Assembly: GCA_002457645.1 (NCBI GenBank)
Contig: NTKH01000001.1
Coordinates: forward strand, 1 to 56,643
Length of the DNA: 56,643 bases
Origin: Bacteroidetes bacterium MED-G20
Lineage (GTDB): Bacteria > Bacteroidota > Bacteroidia > Flavobacteriales_D > Parvicellaceae
Direction of reading: 5' to 3'
Under the pieces are notes generated by a model, which saw only the letters and a list, made by a program, of their open reading frames with translations, was not told the origin of the DNA and ran no database searches. This document shows, in pieces, positions 35,580 through 47,855 of the stretch; within the stretch, counting starts at the first letter, position 1, and each line of letters starts with the position of its first letter. The position numbers and the translations under genes were made by a program.

Positions 35580-36920
35580 ATGTTTAAAAAAATTCTAGTT
35601 GCTAACAGAGGCGAAATTGCATTACGTGTAATTAGGACTTGTAAAGAAATGGGGATTAAAACTGTTGCTGTTTATTCAACTGCGGATAAGGATAGTTTAC
35701 ATGTTAAATTTGCTGACGAAGCAGTTTGTGTTGGTCCTCCTTCTAGTTCAGAATCCTATTTAAAAATTCCTAATATTATTGCAGCAGCTGAAATTACCAA
35801 TGCAGATGCTATCCATCCTGGTTATGGATTCCTTTCAGAAAATTCTAACTTTTCTAGAATTTGTCAAGAACATGAAATAAAATTCATTGGTGCCCTCCCC
35901 GAACAAATTGATTCTATGGGGGATAAGGCTTCAGCTAAAGAAACCATGAAAAAAGCAAAAGTTCCTACCATACCTGGATCTGTAGGTCTAATTGAAAATT
36001 TCAATGAAGCTAAAAGTATTGCCAAAAAAATAAAATTTCCTGTAATGCTGAAAGCAACTGCTGGTGGTGGAGGAAAAGGAATGAGATTATGCTGGGATGA
36101 TGAGCAGCTTGAAGAAGGGTGGGAGTCTGCAAGAACTGAAGCAGCAGCAGCCTTTGGTAATAATGGGATGTATATGGAGAAATTTATTGAAGAACCTAGA
36201 CATATAGAAATTCAGATTGCTGCTGATCAATTCGGTAAAGTATGTCATTTATCCGAAAGAGATTGTTCCATTCAAAGGAGACATCAAAAATTAGTTGAGG
36301 AAACTCCATCACCATTTATGACTAAAGCTTTAAGAAAAAAAATGGGTGAAGCCGCGAAAAAAGCTGCAAAAGCAGTAAAATATGAAGGAGTTGGTACAGT
36401 TGAATTTTTAGTTGATAAATATCGTAATTTTTACTTCATGGAAATGAATACTAGGATTCAAGTAGAGCATACAATAACTGAAGAAGTTATTAATCATGAC
36501 TTAATTAAGGAGCAAATTAAAATTGCATCAGGCCATAAAATTTCTGGGAAAGATTATTTCCCTGAAATGCATTCTATTCAGTGCCGAATTAATGCTGAAG
36601 ACCCTCATAAAGACTTTATTCCATCACCTGGTAAAATCACTAACTATCATTCCCCAGGTGGACATGGTATTAGAATAGATACACACGTATATGCGAATTA
36701 TATGATCCCTCCCTACTATGATTCTATGATATCAAAATTAATTACAGTGGCACAGACTAGGGAAGAAGCTATTCAAAAAATGAAACGTGCTTTAGATGAA
36801 TATATTATTGAGGGTATTAAAACTACTATTCCTTTTCACCAACAGCTTCTAGAGAATAAAAAGTTTTTAAATGGTGATTTCACTACAAAGTTTATGGATG
36901 ACTTTGAGATTGAGTCTTAG
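35580..36920 (+). CDS. accC: acetyl-CoA carboxylase biotin carboxylase subunit
   Basis: 446 aa with [24 protein letters not shown] and [10 protein letters not shown]. Confidence 0.95.
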   Translation: MFKKILVANRGEIALRVIRTCKEMGIKTVAVYSTADKDSLHVKFADEAVCVGPPSSSESYLKIPNIIAAAEITNADAIHPGYGFLSENSNFSRICQEHEIKFIGALPEQIDSMGDKASAKETMKKAKVPTIPGSVGLIENFNEAKSIAKKIKFPVMLKATAGGGGKGMRLCWDDEQLEEGWESARTEAAAAFGNNGMYMEKFIEEPRHIEIQIAADQFGKVCHLSERDCSIQRRHQKLVEETPSPFMTKALRKKMGEAAKKAAKAVKYEGVGTVEFLVDKYRNFYFMEMNTRIQVEHTITEEVINHDLIKEQIKIASGHKISGKDYFPEMHSIQCRINAEDPHKDFIPSPGKITNYHSPGGHGIRIDTHVYANYMIPPYYDSMISKLITVAQTREEAIQKMKRALDEYIIEGIKTTIPFHQQLLENKKFLNGDFTTKFMDDFEIES

Positions 36921-39900
36921 TCTAATATTTCAGATACTTTAATATTGGCATCGTTTATACTTTTTATATTTTCAAAAGTCATCATCAGTTTTTGATTTTT
37001 TTCTTTTAAAGAAACTCCTCTTTTATTTTTCTGAACATAGCTAAGTACCTGAGTAAAAGTATCAGACTCAAAATAACTTGGGTGGGAAGATGTGAATTTT
37101 CCCACCATTTTCCCTCGTTTGATAATTAATTTTTCCAATCCTATTTTTTTACCTAGCTCTCTCAATTTTAAGGTTTTAATAAGTTCTACTGTCTCCAAAG
37201 GTATTTCGCCAAATCTATCCTTAAGTTCTTCAACAAAAGCATCTTGTGCTTCTTTAAAAGTTAGTTGGTCTAACCTCTTATATAAATTTAACCTCTCGTT
37301 AATTTCATTAACATAATCATCAGGGATAACAAGAGATAAGTCAGTTTCTAAAATACATTCATTAACAAAACTTCTATTTTCTAGCTCTTTGGAAAAAGTA
37401 GCTTTAAAGTCATTTTCTTTCAACTCTAGAATGGCTTCATCGAGAATTTTTTGATAAGTGTCAAAACCTATGTCATTTATAAATCCACTTTGGTTAGCAC
37501 CTAATAAATCTCCTGCCCCACGTATATCCAAATCTCTCATTGCAATATTGAATCCACTTCCTAAATCTGAAAACTGTTCGATAGCATGTAGTCTTTTTCT
37601 TGCTTCAGTAGATAAATGTTGTGGGGGTGGAGTAAATAAGTATGCAAAAGCCTTTTTGTTCGATCTCCCTACTCTTCCTCTTAATTGATGCAAATCAGAA
37701 AGACCAAAATGATTAGCATTATTAATAATTATAGTATTAGCATTGGGTATGTCTATTCCTGATTCAATGATGGTTGTAGCCACCAAAATATCATATAGAC
37801 CATCCATAAAATCTAATATAATTGCTTCTAATTTTTTACCTTCCATTTGCCCATGGCCAACAGCAATTCTAGCATTAGGACATACTCTAGAAATCATTCC
37901 TGCAATTTCATTAATGTTTTGAACTCTATTATGAACAAAAAAAACTTGCCCTTCTCTTTGAAGCTCATAATTTATTGCTTGACTTATTGTTTCTTCGGAA
38001 AAGCTTTGAACAATAGTTTCAACAGGAAATCTATTTTGAGGTGGGGTATTAATAATTGATAAATCTCTAGCATTCATTAAACTAAATTGTAATGTTCTTG
38101 GAATTGGAGTGGCTGTTAGCGTTAATGTGTCAACATTAACCTTCATATTTTTTAATTGCTCTTTTACTCCAACACCAAATTTTTGTTCCTCATCTATTAT
38201 TAGTAATCCTAAATCTTTAAACTTTACATCTTTACTAATTAACCTGTGAGTTCCTATTAAAACATCAATTTTACCAGATTTAACTTTTTCTAAAGTTGCT
38301 TTTATACTTTTTGATGTCTTAAATCTGTTAATATAATCTACTGAACAAGGAAATTCTTTTAATCTTTCTGAAAAGGTTTTATAATGTTGAAAAGCTAAGA
38401 CTGTTGTTGGAACAAGAATTGCTACTTGTTTACTATCTGCAACTGCTTTAAAAGCGGCTCTGATAGCAACCTCAGTTTTCCCAAAACCAACATCACCACA
38501 TACGAGTCTATCCATTGGCGTTGGCTGTTCCATATCTAACTTAACTGCCTCAGTAGAAGATAATTGATCTGGCGTATCTTCATATATAAAAGAAGCTTCC
38601 AATTCATTTTGAAGATAAGTGTCTGGCTGAAATTCAAATCCCTTCTGAACTTTTCTTTTAGCATAAAGTTGAATTAAATCAAAAGCTACTTCTTTGATTC
38701 TTTTCTTTGCTTTTTGTTTTGCTAAAGACCATGCTGGAGATCCTAATTTATTTAAGTTAGGTTTGGTGCCATCTTTGCCAGAAAATTTACTAATTCTGTG
38801 AAGGGAATGAATACTTACATAAAGAATATCACCGCCCTTATATATTAGTCTTATAGCTTCTTGTTCTCTACCCTGAGCATCTATTTTTTCTAATCCAGAA
38901 AACTCCCCTATCCCATAATCAATGTGTACTACAAAATCTCCTTTTTGTAGGTCATATATTTCTTTAAGCGTAAAAGTTTCTTTAGATTTTGCAATACTCT
39001 TTCTTGAATTAAATCTATGATATCTTTCAAATATTTGATGATCTGTAAATACTACTAACTTTTCGTTGTGATCAACAAATCCTTGGTGTATCCCAATTGG
39101 TACAAAACTACATATAGCATCTTTTTCGAGTTCTATAAATATAGTCCTTAATCTATTTAGCTGAGAATCTTGATCAGAACATATAAATATTGAATAACCA
39201 TTGTTTTTCCATTCTTCTAACTTAGTTACTAATAAATCAAAGTTTTTATTGAATTTTGGCTGATCTAGTGTATTACCATCTATTTTAATTTTTTCTTTTG
39301 AGTCTATAATTCTGTTCCATTCTATAGTAGGGTACTTTTTTATTTTGGAGATAAATTCTTGTGGAGATAAATACATTTCAACAGGGTGAGAAACGGTACT
39401 TTTATCACTTATTTTATCAAACACTTTATTGGAAATTTCAAACCCTTGTTCCATTCTTTTTTGGGCAATCTCCAAATCCTTGCCCCAAATAATGGTGTTT
39501 TTTGGAAAATGGTCAAAAAAAGATACTTTATTTAAGGTCAATTTAGAATTATTAATATTGGGAACAATTTTTATTTTATTTAAGGTAGTTTTAGAAAGTT
39601 GATTGATAGGGTCAAACTCTCTTATTGATTCTATTTCATCTCCAAAAAGCTCGATTCTATATGGAAATTCGTTATTATAAGAAAAAACATCTACAATTCC
39701 TCCTCTTACAGCAAACTGACCAGGCTGATAAACATAGTCTACTTTTTCAAAATCTAATTCTATAAGTAACTCATTAATTAAATCTAATTCTAAGTCCTCT
39801 CCTACTGCAATAGAAATTATATTTTTCTGGAGATTACTTTTGGTTATTACTTTTTCAATTATTGCTTCAGGATAAGTAATAACCATAAGTGTTTTTCTAT

Positions 39901-40249
39901 GCTTGTCTAAGGAATCAATGACTTCAGTTCTTTGTAAAATACTGGTAGGGTCAGAGTCCATAATCTGATATGGTCGTCTGTAAGAAGCAGGATAAAAAAG
40001 TAAAGTTACTCCTCTCTCATTTTCAAATAAATTTTCTAAATCATTAAAAAAATAAAGCGCTTGCTCTTTATTAGATAAAATAAATAAATGATTTCCATTT
40101 TTTTCTTGAATGATACTGTAGCTTAAAAAAGAGATGTAAGACCCTGAAATATTTTTTAATGATATTCCTTTTTCATCAGACCAAGATTTGATGATTTTTG
40201 AAAAAGTGTTGGATGAGGATAACCTTGTTTTTATTTCAATCTTACTCAC
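36917..40249 (-). CDS. mfd: transcription-repair coupling factor
   Basis: 1110 aa with a CarD-like domain, SF2 helicase motifs ([34 protein letters not shown]) and a TRCF domain. Apparent GTG start at 40249. Confidence 0.95.
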   Translation of the reverse strand: MSKIEIKTRLSSSNTFSKIIKSWSDEKGISLKNISGSYISFLSYSIIQEKNGNHLFILSNKEQALYFFNDLENLFENERGVTLLFYPASYRRPYQIMDSDPTSILQRTEVIDSLDKHRKTLMVITYPEAIIEKVITKSNLQKNIISIAVGEDLELDLINELLIELDFEKVDYVYQPGQFAVRGGIVDVFSYNNEFPYRIELFGDEIESIREFDPINQLSKTTLNKIKIVPNINNSKLTLNKVSFFDHFPKNTIIWGKDLEIAQKRMEQGFEISNKVFDKISDKSTVSHPVEMYLSPQEFISKIKKYPTIEWNRIIDSKEKIKIDGNTLDQPKFNKNFDLLVTKLEEWKNNGYSIFICSDQDSQLNRLRTIFIELEKDAICSFVPIGIHQGFVDHNEKLVVFTDHQIFERYHRFNSRKSIAKSKETFTLKEIYDLQKGDFVVHIDYGIGEFSGLEKIDAQGREQEAIRLIYKGGDILYVSIHSLHRISKFSGKDGTKPNLNKLGSPAWSLAKQKAKKRIKEVAFDLIQLYAKRKVQKGFEFQPDTYLQNELEASFIYEDTPDQLSSTEAVKLDMEQPTPMDRLVCGDVGFGKTEVAIRAAFKAVADSKQVAILVPTTVLAFQHYKTFSERLKEFPCSVDYINRFKTSKSIKATLEKVKSGKIDVLIGTHRLISKDVKFKDLGLLIIDEEQKFGVGVKEQLKNMKVNVDTLTLTATPIPRTLQFSLMNARDLSIINTPPQNRFPVETIVQSFSEETISQAINYELQREGQVFFVHNRVQNINEIAGMISRVCPNARIAVGHGQMEGKKLEAIILDFMDGLYDILVATTIIESGIDIPNANTIIINNANHFGLSDLHQLRGRVGRSNKKAFAYLFTPPPQHLSTEARKRLHAIEQFSDLGSGFNIAMRDLDIRGAGDLLGANQSGFINDIGFDTYQKILDEAILELKENDFKATFSKELENRSFVNECILETDLSLVIPDDYVNEINERLNLYKRLDQLTFKEAQDAFVEELKDRFGEIPLETVELIKTLKLRELGKKIGLEKLIIKRGKMVGKFTSSHPSYFESDTFTQVLSYVQKNKRGVSLKEKNQKLMMTFENIKSINDANIKVSEILD

Positions 40250-40654
40250 TTATTAAAATTTCTTCTAATTGATTAATCATTTTTTTAGATCCAACGAAAA
40301 AAAGGGACTCTTTGATGAAGTTCATTTGGGGAATTATCCATTAATCTCTGTTGTTCTGAAATTGCTCTACCACCACCCTATTCTATCAAAAAAGCTAAAA
40401 GTGCACATTCATAAGTTAGTCTCAATTTTCCATTTGGATTGTTCATAGTTGAAGGATACATGTAAATTCCACCTTTAATTAAATTTCTTTTGCTCTTATC
40501 CTTAACTATTTTCTCTTCCATATGTACCTAAAATTTCTTTGGCTAGACCAGCTTTATTAATTTGATGACTGAGTATTTTAGAAAGTTCTCCTCTAGATCC
40601 AGGAAAGTTATTCTGAGACTCAACTATAAATTCTCCAACGTTAATTTTTTTCAT
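40242..40654 (-). pseudogene. fbp: decayed remnant of class I fructose-1,6-bisphosphatase
   Basis: Hand translation from the ATG at 40654 gives [50 protein letters not shown], then TAA at 40504..40502. In another frame: [40 protein letters not shown], then TAG at 40380..40378, then GGGRAISEQQRLMDNSPNELHQRVPFF. After a frameshift in the A7 run 40297..40303: VGSKKMINQLEEILI. These match my recollection of the N- and C-terminal ends of E. coli-type Fbp (GEFIVEKQ..., NLLKGGIYLYPST...[21 protein letters not shown]...LHQR..FFVG). About 200 central codons are missing. Confidence 0.8.
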
Positions 40655-40798
40655 TATAAAGTTTCAAAAATACTAATAACATTTACTATTCAACAAAGGA
40701 TGTCATATCCAAATTATAAATTTTAAAAAAAATATAAAACATTTGTCTTCGTGTGGTAAATACACTATCTTTTTTTTTAATTTATAAACTATCTATAT

Positions 40799-41005
40799 AT
40801 GATTCCTCCTAAAAAAAGAACTCTTAATGAGATAAGACAAACAAAAGATACTTTTTATGTTGTTCCTGAATTAAAGAAAAAAGACAGTTCTCAAGAACTT
40901 TTCAATGAGTTTTTTAATTCTTCCAATGACAAAATTAATTCTTCCAATTATCTTGATTTCATATCATTCATTAACGAAAAAGGTTACCACATAGTTAAAA
41001 AATAA
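40799..41005 (+). CDS. hypothetical 68-aa protein directly upstream of amt
   Basis: ORF with an ATG start, ending 3 nt before the amt start. It has no signal peptide and no resemblance to PII/GlnK. Confidence 0.45.
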   Translation: MIPPKKRTLNEIRQTKDTFYVVPELKKKDSSQELFNEFFNSSNDKINSSNYLDFISFINEKGYHIVKK

Positions 41006-41008
41006 GAT

Positions 41009-42304
41009 TTGAAAAATTTTGGAAGTAAACTAAATTTTATCTTTCTATTTGTAGTCGTTCTTATTCTACTTTTTGGAAATGATTCCTATTCAATAGATCA
41101 AGGCAAAGAAGTTTCCATAGATAGTGGAGATACTGCATGGATGATAGTTTCATGTGCCTTTGTTTTACTCATGACTCCAGGACTTGCTTTTTTTTATGGA
41201 GGAATGGTAAATATTAAAAATATTATTTCTACCATGCTTCAAAGTTTTGTAGCCCTTGGAGTTATAAGTATAGTTTGGGTACTTATTGGTTTCAGTTTAG
41301 CTTTCGGAGATAGTTTCTATGGCATAATAGGAAGCCCGCTTACCTATTTTAATTTTCAAAATGTCACTCTAGCTCCTCATCCTGATTTTGGGTCAACTAT
41401 ACCATTTCTATTATTTGCTTTTTTTCAGTTGAAATTTGCAATAATTACTCCCGCTATTATTTCTGGAAGCTTTGCCGAAAGAATTCGTTTTAGAAGCTAT
41501 ATTTTATTTATGTTGTTGTTCACTATTTTTATATATTCTCCACTTGCTCATATGACATGGCATCCAGATGGAATTTTTAGAAAATGGGGAGTATTAGATT
41601 TTGCAGGTGGAACTGTGGTTCATATGTCTGCTGGATTGGCAGCTTTGTCAGGAGCAATATTTTTAGGTAAAAGAAAAAAAATAGAAGAAAAGCCAGCAAA
41701 TATCCCATTTGTAATCCTAGGTACTGGTCTCTTGTGGTTTGGTTGGTTTGGATTCAATTCCGGTTCGGCCCTTGGTGCAAACTTGGATGCTGCAATAGCA
41801 TTTGCTAATACTAATTTGGCATCTGCCACTAGTATGATTACGTGGATATTTTATGACCGATTCACCAATAAAAAAATGACTGCTCTTGGTGCATGTATTG
41901 GGGCTATAGTCGGCTTGGTTGCAATTACTCCAGCAGCAGGATTTGTTACTCTTGGCCAAAGTGCTTTCATAGGTTTTATAGCTTCAATAATTAGTAATAT
42001 TGCGATTGGAATAACAAAAAAATCAAACATTGATGATACGTTAGATGTTTTTCCTTCACACGGAGTTGGAGGTATTGTAGGAATGATTTTAACTGCTGTA
42101 TTTGCTAGTAATGTAGGTCTAATTTATGGAGATTCAAGTGTATTTTTATACCATTTGATAACCATCTTAATTACTATTGTATTTACTCTTTTCATGAGTT
42201 ATTTATTATTAAAAATTGTTGACTCAGTTCTACCCCTCAGAGTGCGTGAAGATCAAGAAGAAAGAGGTCTTGATGCTTCACAACATGGCGAATTATATAA
42301 CTAA
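41009..42304 (+). CDS. amt: ammonium transporter (Amt family)
   Basis: 431 aa with GDTAWMIVSCAFVLLMTPGLAFFYGG, DFAGGTVVHMSAG and GWFGFN signatures. Apparent TTG start. Confidence 0.9.
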   Translation: MKNFGSKLNFIFLFVVVLILLFGNDSYSIDQGKEVSIDSGDTAWMIVSCAFVLLMTPGLAFFYGGMVNIKNIISTMLQSFVALGVISIVWVLIGFSLAFGDSFYGIIGSPLTYFNFQNVTLAPHPDFGSTIPFLLFAFFQLKFAIITPAIISGSFAERIRFRSYILFMLLFTIFIYSPLAHMTWHPDGIFRKWGVLDFAGGTVVHMSAGLAALSGAIFLGKRKKIEEKPANIPFVILGTGLLWFGWFGFNSGSALGANLDAAIAFANTNLASATSMITWIFYDRFTNKKMTALGACIGAIVGLVAITPAAGFVTLGQSAFIGFIASIISNIAIGITKKSNIDDTLDVFPSHGVGGIVGMILTAVFASNVGLIYGDSSVFLYHLITILITIVFTLFMSYLLLKIVDSVLPLRVREDQEERGLDASQHGELYN

Positions 42305-42309
42305 AAACT

Positions 42310-43977
42310 ATGTGTGGAATTGTAGCGGCTTTTGAATTTAAAGATTCTGAAAAAATCAGAATTCAGGTTTTAGAAATGTCTAGAAAAATAAGACATAGAG
42401 GTCCTGACTGGACAGGAATATATTCTTCTAAAAAAGCAATTTTATCTCACGAAAGGCTTTCAATTGTTGATCCTGAATCTGGTAAACAACCTCTTTATTC
42501 AATAAATAAAGACCTCATTCTTGCTGCTAACGGAGAAATTTATAATCATAATGAAATTAAGTTAAGTCTAAAAAATGATTATCACTTTTCTACGCGATCA
42601 GATTGTGAGGTTATTTTAGCATTATACCAAGAAAAAGGATGTGATTTTCTAGATGATTTAAATGGAATATTCTCTTTTGTGCTCTATGATGAAAAAAAAG
42701 ATTTTTACTTAATAGCTAGAGATCATCTTGGGATTATTCCTCTTTATATGGGTTGGGATAGGAATAAAAACTTTTTTATCGCTTCTGAACTTAAAGCACT
42801 TGAGGGATTCTGCAGTAAAATTGAATTATTTCCCCCCGGGCATTATTTAACAAACGAAAATAATTCTCTAAAAAAATGGTATAAAAGAAGTTGGGAAAAA
42901 TTTGAAAATATAAAAGATAATACTACTAATTTAACTTTATTAAAAGAAAGTTTATTCAAAGCAGTTAAAAGACAACTAATGTCTGATGTCCCTTATGGAG
43001 TATTACTTTCTGGTGGCCTAGATTCCTCCATAACTTCTGCAATCGCTAAAGTTTATTGTCAAAAACGTGTTGAAAGTAACGATGAAAAAAATGCATGGTG
43101 GCCAACACTTCATTCATTTGCTGTTGGTCTTGAAAATTCTCCTGATTTAAAAGCTGCTAAAAAAGCAGCTGATTTTATTGGTACTGTTCACCACGAAATT
43201 ATTTTCACTGTCCAAGAAGGATTAGATGCAATTAAGGATGTTATCTATCATTTAGAAACTTATGATGTCACCACTATAAGAGCCTCAACTCCTATGTACT
43301 TAATGGCAAGAGTTATTAAGTCTATGGGAATTAAAATGGTGATTTCTGGCGAAGGAGCTGATGAAATATTCGGTGGTTATTTATATTTTCATAAGGCTCC
43401 TAACCCTGAAGAATTTCATAAAGAAACAGTAAGAAAATTAAAAAAACTTCATCAATACGATTGTTTAAGAGCTAATAAATCTCTTGCCGCTTGGGGAATT
43501 GAAGGAAGAGTTCCTTTTTTGGATAAAGATTTTGTCGATATTGCCATGTCCATAAATCCAATTGATAAAATGTCATCAAGTGACAAAATGGAAAAATGGA
43601 TTTTAAGAAAGGCATTCGAAGACATTCTTCCTGAAGAAATTGCATGGAGACAAAAAGAACAGTTCTCTGATGGTGTTGGTTATAGTTGGATTGATAAACT
43701 TAAAGAGGTTGTAAATAAGGAAGTAAGTGATGATTTATATAATGAATCAAAATATAAATTTCCTATAAATCCTCCACTTTCAAAAGAAGAATACTATTAC
43801 AGAAATATATTTCATTCTTTTTTTCATTCTGATGCTGCTGCTTATTCTGTCCCATCAGAACCTTCAGTTGCGTGTAGTAGCGAAGAAGCATTAAAATGGG
43901 ATGTATCATTTCTTGGAAAAAATGACCCATCTGGTAGAGCAATTATGAGTCATGAAAATAATTATCAGATTTCATGA
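42310..43977 (+). CDS. asnB: asparagine synthase (glutamine-hydrolysing)
   Basis: 555 aa with an N-terminal MCGI nucleophile and the SGGLDSS PP-loop. Confidence 0.95.
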   Translation: MCGIVAAFEFKDSEKIRIQVLEMSRKIRHRGPDWTGIYSSKKAILSHERLSIVDPESGKQPLYSINKDLILAANGEIYNHNEIKLSLKNDYHFSTRSDCEVILALYQEKGCDFLDDLNGIFSFVLYDEKKDFYLIARDHLGIIPLYMGWDRNKNFFIASELKALEGFCSKIELFPPGHYLTNENNSLKKWYKRSWEKFENIKDNTTNLTLLKESLFKAVKRQLMSDVPYGVLLSGGLDSSITSAIAKVYCQKRVESNDEKNAWWPTLHSFAVGLENSPDLKAAKKAADFIGTVHHEIIFTVQEGLDAIKDVIYHLETYDVTTIRASTPMYLMARVIKSMGIKMVISGEGADEIFGGYLYFHKAPNPEEFHKETVRKLKKLHQYDCLRANKSLAAWGIEGRVPFLDKDFVDIAMSINPIDKMSSSDKMEKWILRKAFEDILPEEIAWRQKEQFSDGVGYSWIDKLKEVVNKEVSDDLYNESKYKFPINPPLSKEEYYYRNIFHSFFHSDAAAYSVPSEPSVACSSEEALKWDVSFLGKNDPSGRAIMSHENNYQIS

Positions 43978-45644
43978 AAAAATACAGTCACATTGTCTCT
44001 AGTAATCCTTCTCAGCCTGCGGCCAAAGCCATGTTACACGCAGTTGGTTTAAATGATAAAGAGTTGGATCAACCTTTTATTGGAATAGGAAGTACAGGTT
44101 ATGAAGGGAATCCATGTAATATGCATCTTAATAAACTTTCTCAAGAAATAAAAGAATCCATAAATAAAAATAGTCTCACTGGGCTAATTTTCAATACTAT
44201 TGGAGTGAGTGATGGCATCTCAATGGGAACAAAAGGAATGAGATATTCATTACCTTCCAGAGAGATTATTGCAGATTCCATGGAAACAGTAGTGGGGGGC
44301 ATGAGCTATGATGGTCTAGTAACAGTTGTAGGATGTGATAAGAACATGCCAGGAGCATTGATGGCCATGTTAAGGTTAAATCGCCCTAGCATTCTCTGTT
44401 ATGGAGGGACCATTGCGTCAGGAATTCATAAAAATAGAAAATTAGATGTCGTTTCTGCATTCGAAGCATGGGGAGAAAAAGTTTCAGGGAAGATAGATGA
44501 GGAAGAATTTCAGTGTATTATTAAAAAAGCTTGCCCTGGTGCAGGTGCCTGCGGGGGAATGTATACAGCAAACACGATGGCTTCTGCAATTGAGGCAATG
44601 GGATTCTGTTTGCCCAATAATTCTTCCATTCCTGCAGTTTCAAAACAAAAAAATAATGATGTTATCAGAATTGGGTTAGCCATCAAAAACCTAATTAGTA
44701 ATGATTTAAAACCACTAGATATTATATCAAAAAAATCTTTTGAAAATGCTATGGTTCTCATAACTGCTTTAGGTGGTTCTACAAATGCTGTTTTACACCT
44801 TTTAGCCATTGCTCACACTGCTAAAATAAATTTTAATCTCGATGATTTTCAAAGAATTAGTGATGACACCCCATATCTTGCAGATCTTAAGCCTAGCGGC
44901 AAATACTTGATGGAGGACTTACATAAAATTGGCGGGACAAGTGCTGTTATTAAGTATTTAATTAATGAAAAACTAATGGATGGTAATTGTCTTACTATAA
45001 CTGGTAAAACTTTAAGCGAAAATTTAGAAGAGATGGAAATGATTGATGAAAATCAGCAAATTATAAAGCCTATTAGTCAGCCTATTAAAAAAAGTGGACA
45101 TATAAGAATTTTAAAAGGCAACCTTGCACCTGAGGGTTCAGTAGCAAAAATAACAGGGAAAGAAGGGTTAGCATTCAAAGGAAGAGCAAAAGTATTTGAC
45201 AGTGAGCAAGAAGCAAATTTAGGAATTCAAAATGGAGAAGTTAAAAAAGGAGAAGTCGTTGTAATAAGATATGAAGGGCCAAAAGGGGGGCCTGGAATGC
45301 CAGAAATGCTAAAGCCCACTGCTGCAATAATTGGAGCAGGATTAGGGAAAGATATTGCTTTAATAACTGATGGAAGATTCTCAGGTGGAACTCACGGATT
45401 TGTAGTAGGTCATATCTCACCAGAGGCTCAGTTAGGAGGATTAATTGCTCTGATTAAAAACGGAGACTACATTTCAATAGATGCAGAAAAAAATTCTATC
45501 ACTTTAGATATTAGTAAGCAAGAAATAAATAAAAGAAAATTAAATTGGAAAGCACCTAATTTAAAAGTAAAAAGTGGCAGCTTATTCAAATATGCCAACT
45601 GTGTTACTTCAGCATCTTTAGGTTGTATTACAGATAAATTTTAA
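43974..45644 (+). CDS. ilvD: dihydroxy-acid dehydratase
   Basis: 556 aa with [24 protein letters not shown] and [13 protein letters not shown]. It overlaps asnB by 4 nt. Confidence 0.95.
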   Translation: MKKYSHIVSSNPSQPAAKAMLHAVGLNDKELDQPFIGIGSTGYEGNPCNMHLNKLSQEIKESINKNSLTGLIFNTIGVSDGISMGTKGMRYSLPSREIIADSMETVVGGMSYDGLVTVVGCDKNMPGALMAMLRLNRPSILCYGGTIASGIHKNRKLDVVSAFEAWGEKVSGKIDEEEFQCIIKKACPGAGACGGMYTANTMASAIEAMGFCLPNNSSIPAVSKQKNNDVIRIGLAIKNLISNDLKPLDIISKKSFENAMVLITALGGSTNAVLHLLAIAHTAKINFNLDDFQRISDDTPYLADLKPSGKYLMEDLHKIGGTSAVIKYLINEKLMDGNCLTITGKTLSENLEEMEMIDENQQIIKPISQPIKKSGHIRILKGNLAPEGSVAKITGKEGLAFKGRAKVFDSEQEANLGIQNGEVKKGEVVVIRYEGPKGGPGMPEMLKPTAAIIGAGLGKDIALITDGRFSGGTHGFVVGHISPEAQLGGLIALIKNGDYISIDAEKNSITLDISKQEINKRKLNWKAPNLKVKSGSLFKYANCVTSASLGCITDKF

Positions 45645-45647
45645 ATA

Positions 45648-47333
45648 ATGAAAGTTCAAGGATCTGAAGCAATAATAAAGTGTTTAATTCAAGAAGGAGT
45701 TGACACTATTTATGGGTACCCTGGAGGAGCTATAATGCCAGTTTATGATTCATTATATAATTATCAAGACCAAATAAATCATGTTTTAGTTAGGCATGAA
45801 CAGGGTGCTACGCACGCAGCACAAGGATATGCAAGATCTTCAGGAAAGGTGGGGATAGCTATTGCAACCTCTGGACCAGGAGCAACTAATCTAGTTACAG
45901 GAATAGCAGATGCTCAAATCGACTCTACGCCTCTTATATGTTTAACAGGGCAAGTTGCTTCACATTTACTTGGTTCTGATGCTTTTCAAGAAACAGATAT
46001 CATTGGTATTTCAACTCCTATAACTAAATGGAATTATCAAATAACTAAAGCCTCAGAAATTCCTGAAATATTAGCCAAAGCTTTTTACATTGCAAAATCT
46101 GGTCGGCCAGGGCCTGTCCTTATTGATATAACTAAAGATGCTCAATTTGAATTAATGGATTATAAATATTTAAAACATCAAAAATTAAGAAGCTATATCC
46201 CTGAGCCTGTTCCAGAAAAAAATCTAATCTCTAAGGCTGCTGCACTCATTAATTCTTCGAAAAAACCTTTTATAGTCTTTGGTCAAGGGGTAATTTTAGC
46301 TCATGCCGAAGATGACTTTAAAAAATTCATTGAGAAATCTGGAATACCTAGCGCATGGACCATTCTTGGGCTTTCAGCTTTAGAAACTGATCATCCTTTA
46401 AATGTTGGGATGGTTGGGATGCATGGTAATTATGGTCCCAATGTACTTACCAATGAATGTGATTTATTAATTGCGATAGGGATGAGATTTGATGATCGTG
46501 TTACAGGAAATCTCAATCATTATGCTAAGCAAGCTAAAGTCATTCATTTAGAAATAGATCGTTCGGAAATAAATAAAAACGTAATTGCTGATATCCCTAT
46601 TTTAGGGAATATTAAAGCAACTCTCCCTCTTTTAAGTGAGAAAATAGTGAAAAAAACACACCACAATTGGATTGAAAAATTCAAAGAGTTAAATGCTATT
46701 GAATATGAAAAAGTAATCCAAAAAGATTTATACCCTAAAAAAGAAAAAATCACCATGGGAGAAGTCATTAACGAAATTAATAATGCAACAAAAGGGGATG
46801 CGATTATTGTAACAGATGTTGGGCAACATCAAATGGTAGCTTGTAGATATTCAAAATTTAATACCTCGAAATCTAATATAACTTCTGGAGGACTTGGAAC
46901 TATGGGTTTTGCGTTACCGGCAGCCATCGGGGCAAAGATGGGCGCACCTGAAAGAGAGGTAATAGCAATTATTGGTGATGGTGGGTTTCAAATGACAATT
47001 CAAGAGTTAGGAACAATTTTTCAAACTGGGGTTGCAGTGAAAATTGTAGTATTAAATAATGAATTTTTAGGAATGGTCAGGCAATGGCAACAATTATTTT
47101 TTGATAAAAGATACGCATCAACTGAAATGGTTAATCCAGATTTTGTGACCATTGCTAAAGGATATTCTATAGATGCTGATAGAGTTTCAGAAAGAAAAGA
47201 TTTAAAGCATAGCATTCAAAAGATGAAAGACTCTACTAAGCCTTATTTTTTAGAAGTTATGGTAGAAAAAGAAGAAAATGTATTCCCGATGATCCCAACT
47301 GGAGAATCAGTTTCTAATATAAGACTTAACTAG
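45648..47333 (+). CDS. ilvB: acetolactate synthase large subunit
   Basis: 561 aa with the ThDP-binding motif GDGGFQM...LNN and N-terminal YGYPGGAIMPVYD. Confidence 0.95.
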   Translation: MKVQGSEAIIKCLIQEGVDTIYGYPGGAIMPVYDSLYNYQDQINHVLVRHEQGATHAAQGYARSSGKVGIAIATSGPGATNLVTGIADAQIDSTPLICLTGQVASHLLGSDAFQETDIIGISTPITKWNYQITKASEIPEILAKAFYIAKSGRPGPVLIDITKDAQFELMDYKYLKHQKLRSYIPEPVPEKNLISKAAALINSSKKPFIVFGQGVILAHAEDDFKKFIEKSGIPSAWTILGLSALETDHPLNVGMVGMHGNYGPNVLTNECDLLIAIGMRFDDRVTGNLNHYAKQAKVIHLEIDRSEINKNVIADIPILGNIKATLPLLSEKIVKKTHHNWIEKFKELNAIEYEKVIQKDLYPKKEKITMGEVINEINNATKGDAIIVTDVGQHQMVACRYSKFNTSKSNITSGGLGTMGFALPAAIGAKMGAPEREVIAIIGDGGFQMTIQELGTIFQTGVAVKIVVLNNEFLGMVRQWQQLFFDKRYASTEMVNPDFVTIAKGYSIDADRVSERKDLKHSIQKMKDSTKPYFLEVMVEKEENVFPMIPTGESVSNIRLN

Positions 47334-47855
47334 ATGGAAAAGAAAAATAAATATACTGTTTCAATTTATGCTGAAAACAACATTGGATTATTAAATAGAA
47401 TTTCATCAATCTTTTTAAAAAGACATATTAGCATTGACAGTGTAAACAGTTCTCCATCTGAAATTAATGATATATACAGGTTTGTTATTGTGGTAACTGT
47501 ACATGAGTTACTCATAAAAAAAGTAATTACTCAAATAGAAAAACAGATTGAAGTGATTGCAGCTTTTTATCATACAGATCAAGAAACAATTTTTCAGGAA
47601 TCTGCTCTTTATAAGGTTAAATCTAAATCGCTTTTTGAAGAGAGGCACATACAAAATATAATTAAAAATAGTCATGCCAAAATCGTTACAGTTTCTCCTG
47701 AGTTTTTTGTTATTGAAAAGACTGGTTTTAGAGAAGAAACAGAAGAACTTTATAATGAACTAGCACCTTATGGCCTACTACAATTTGTAAGATCTGGTAG
47801 AATATCGGTAACAAAGGAACCTTTGAAAATTTCTGAAATACTTAAAAAAAATTAA
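47334..47855 (+). CDS. ilvN: acetolactate synthase small (regulatory) subunit
   Basis: 173 aa with an N-terminal ACT domain (YTVSIYAENNIGLLNRISSIF), directly after ilvB. Confidence 0.9.
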   Translation: MEKKNKYTVSIYAENNIGLLNRISSIFLKRHISIDSVNSSPSEINDIYRFVIVVTVHELLIKKVITQIEKQIEVIAAFYHTDQETIFQESALYKVKSKSLFEERHIQNIIKNSHAKIVTVSPEFFVIEKTGFREETEELYNELAPYGLLQFVRSGRISVTKEPLKISEILKKN

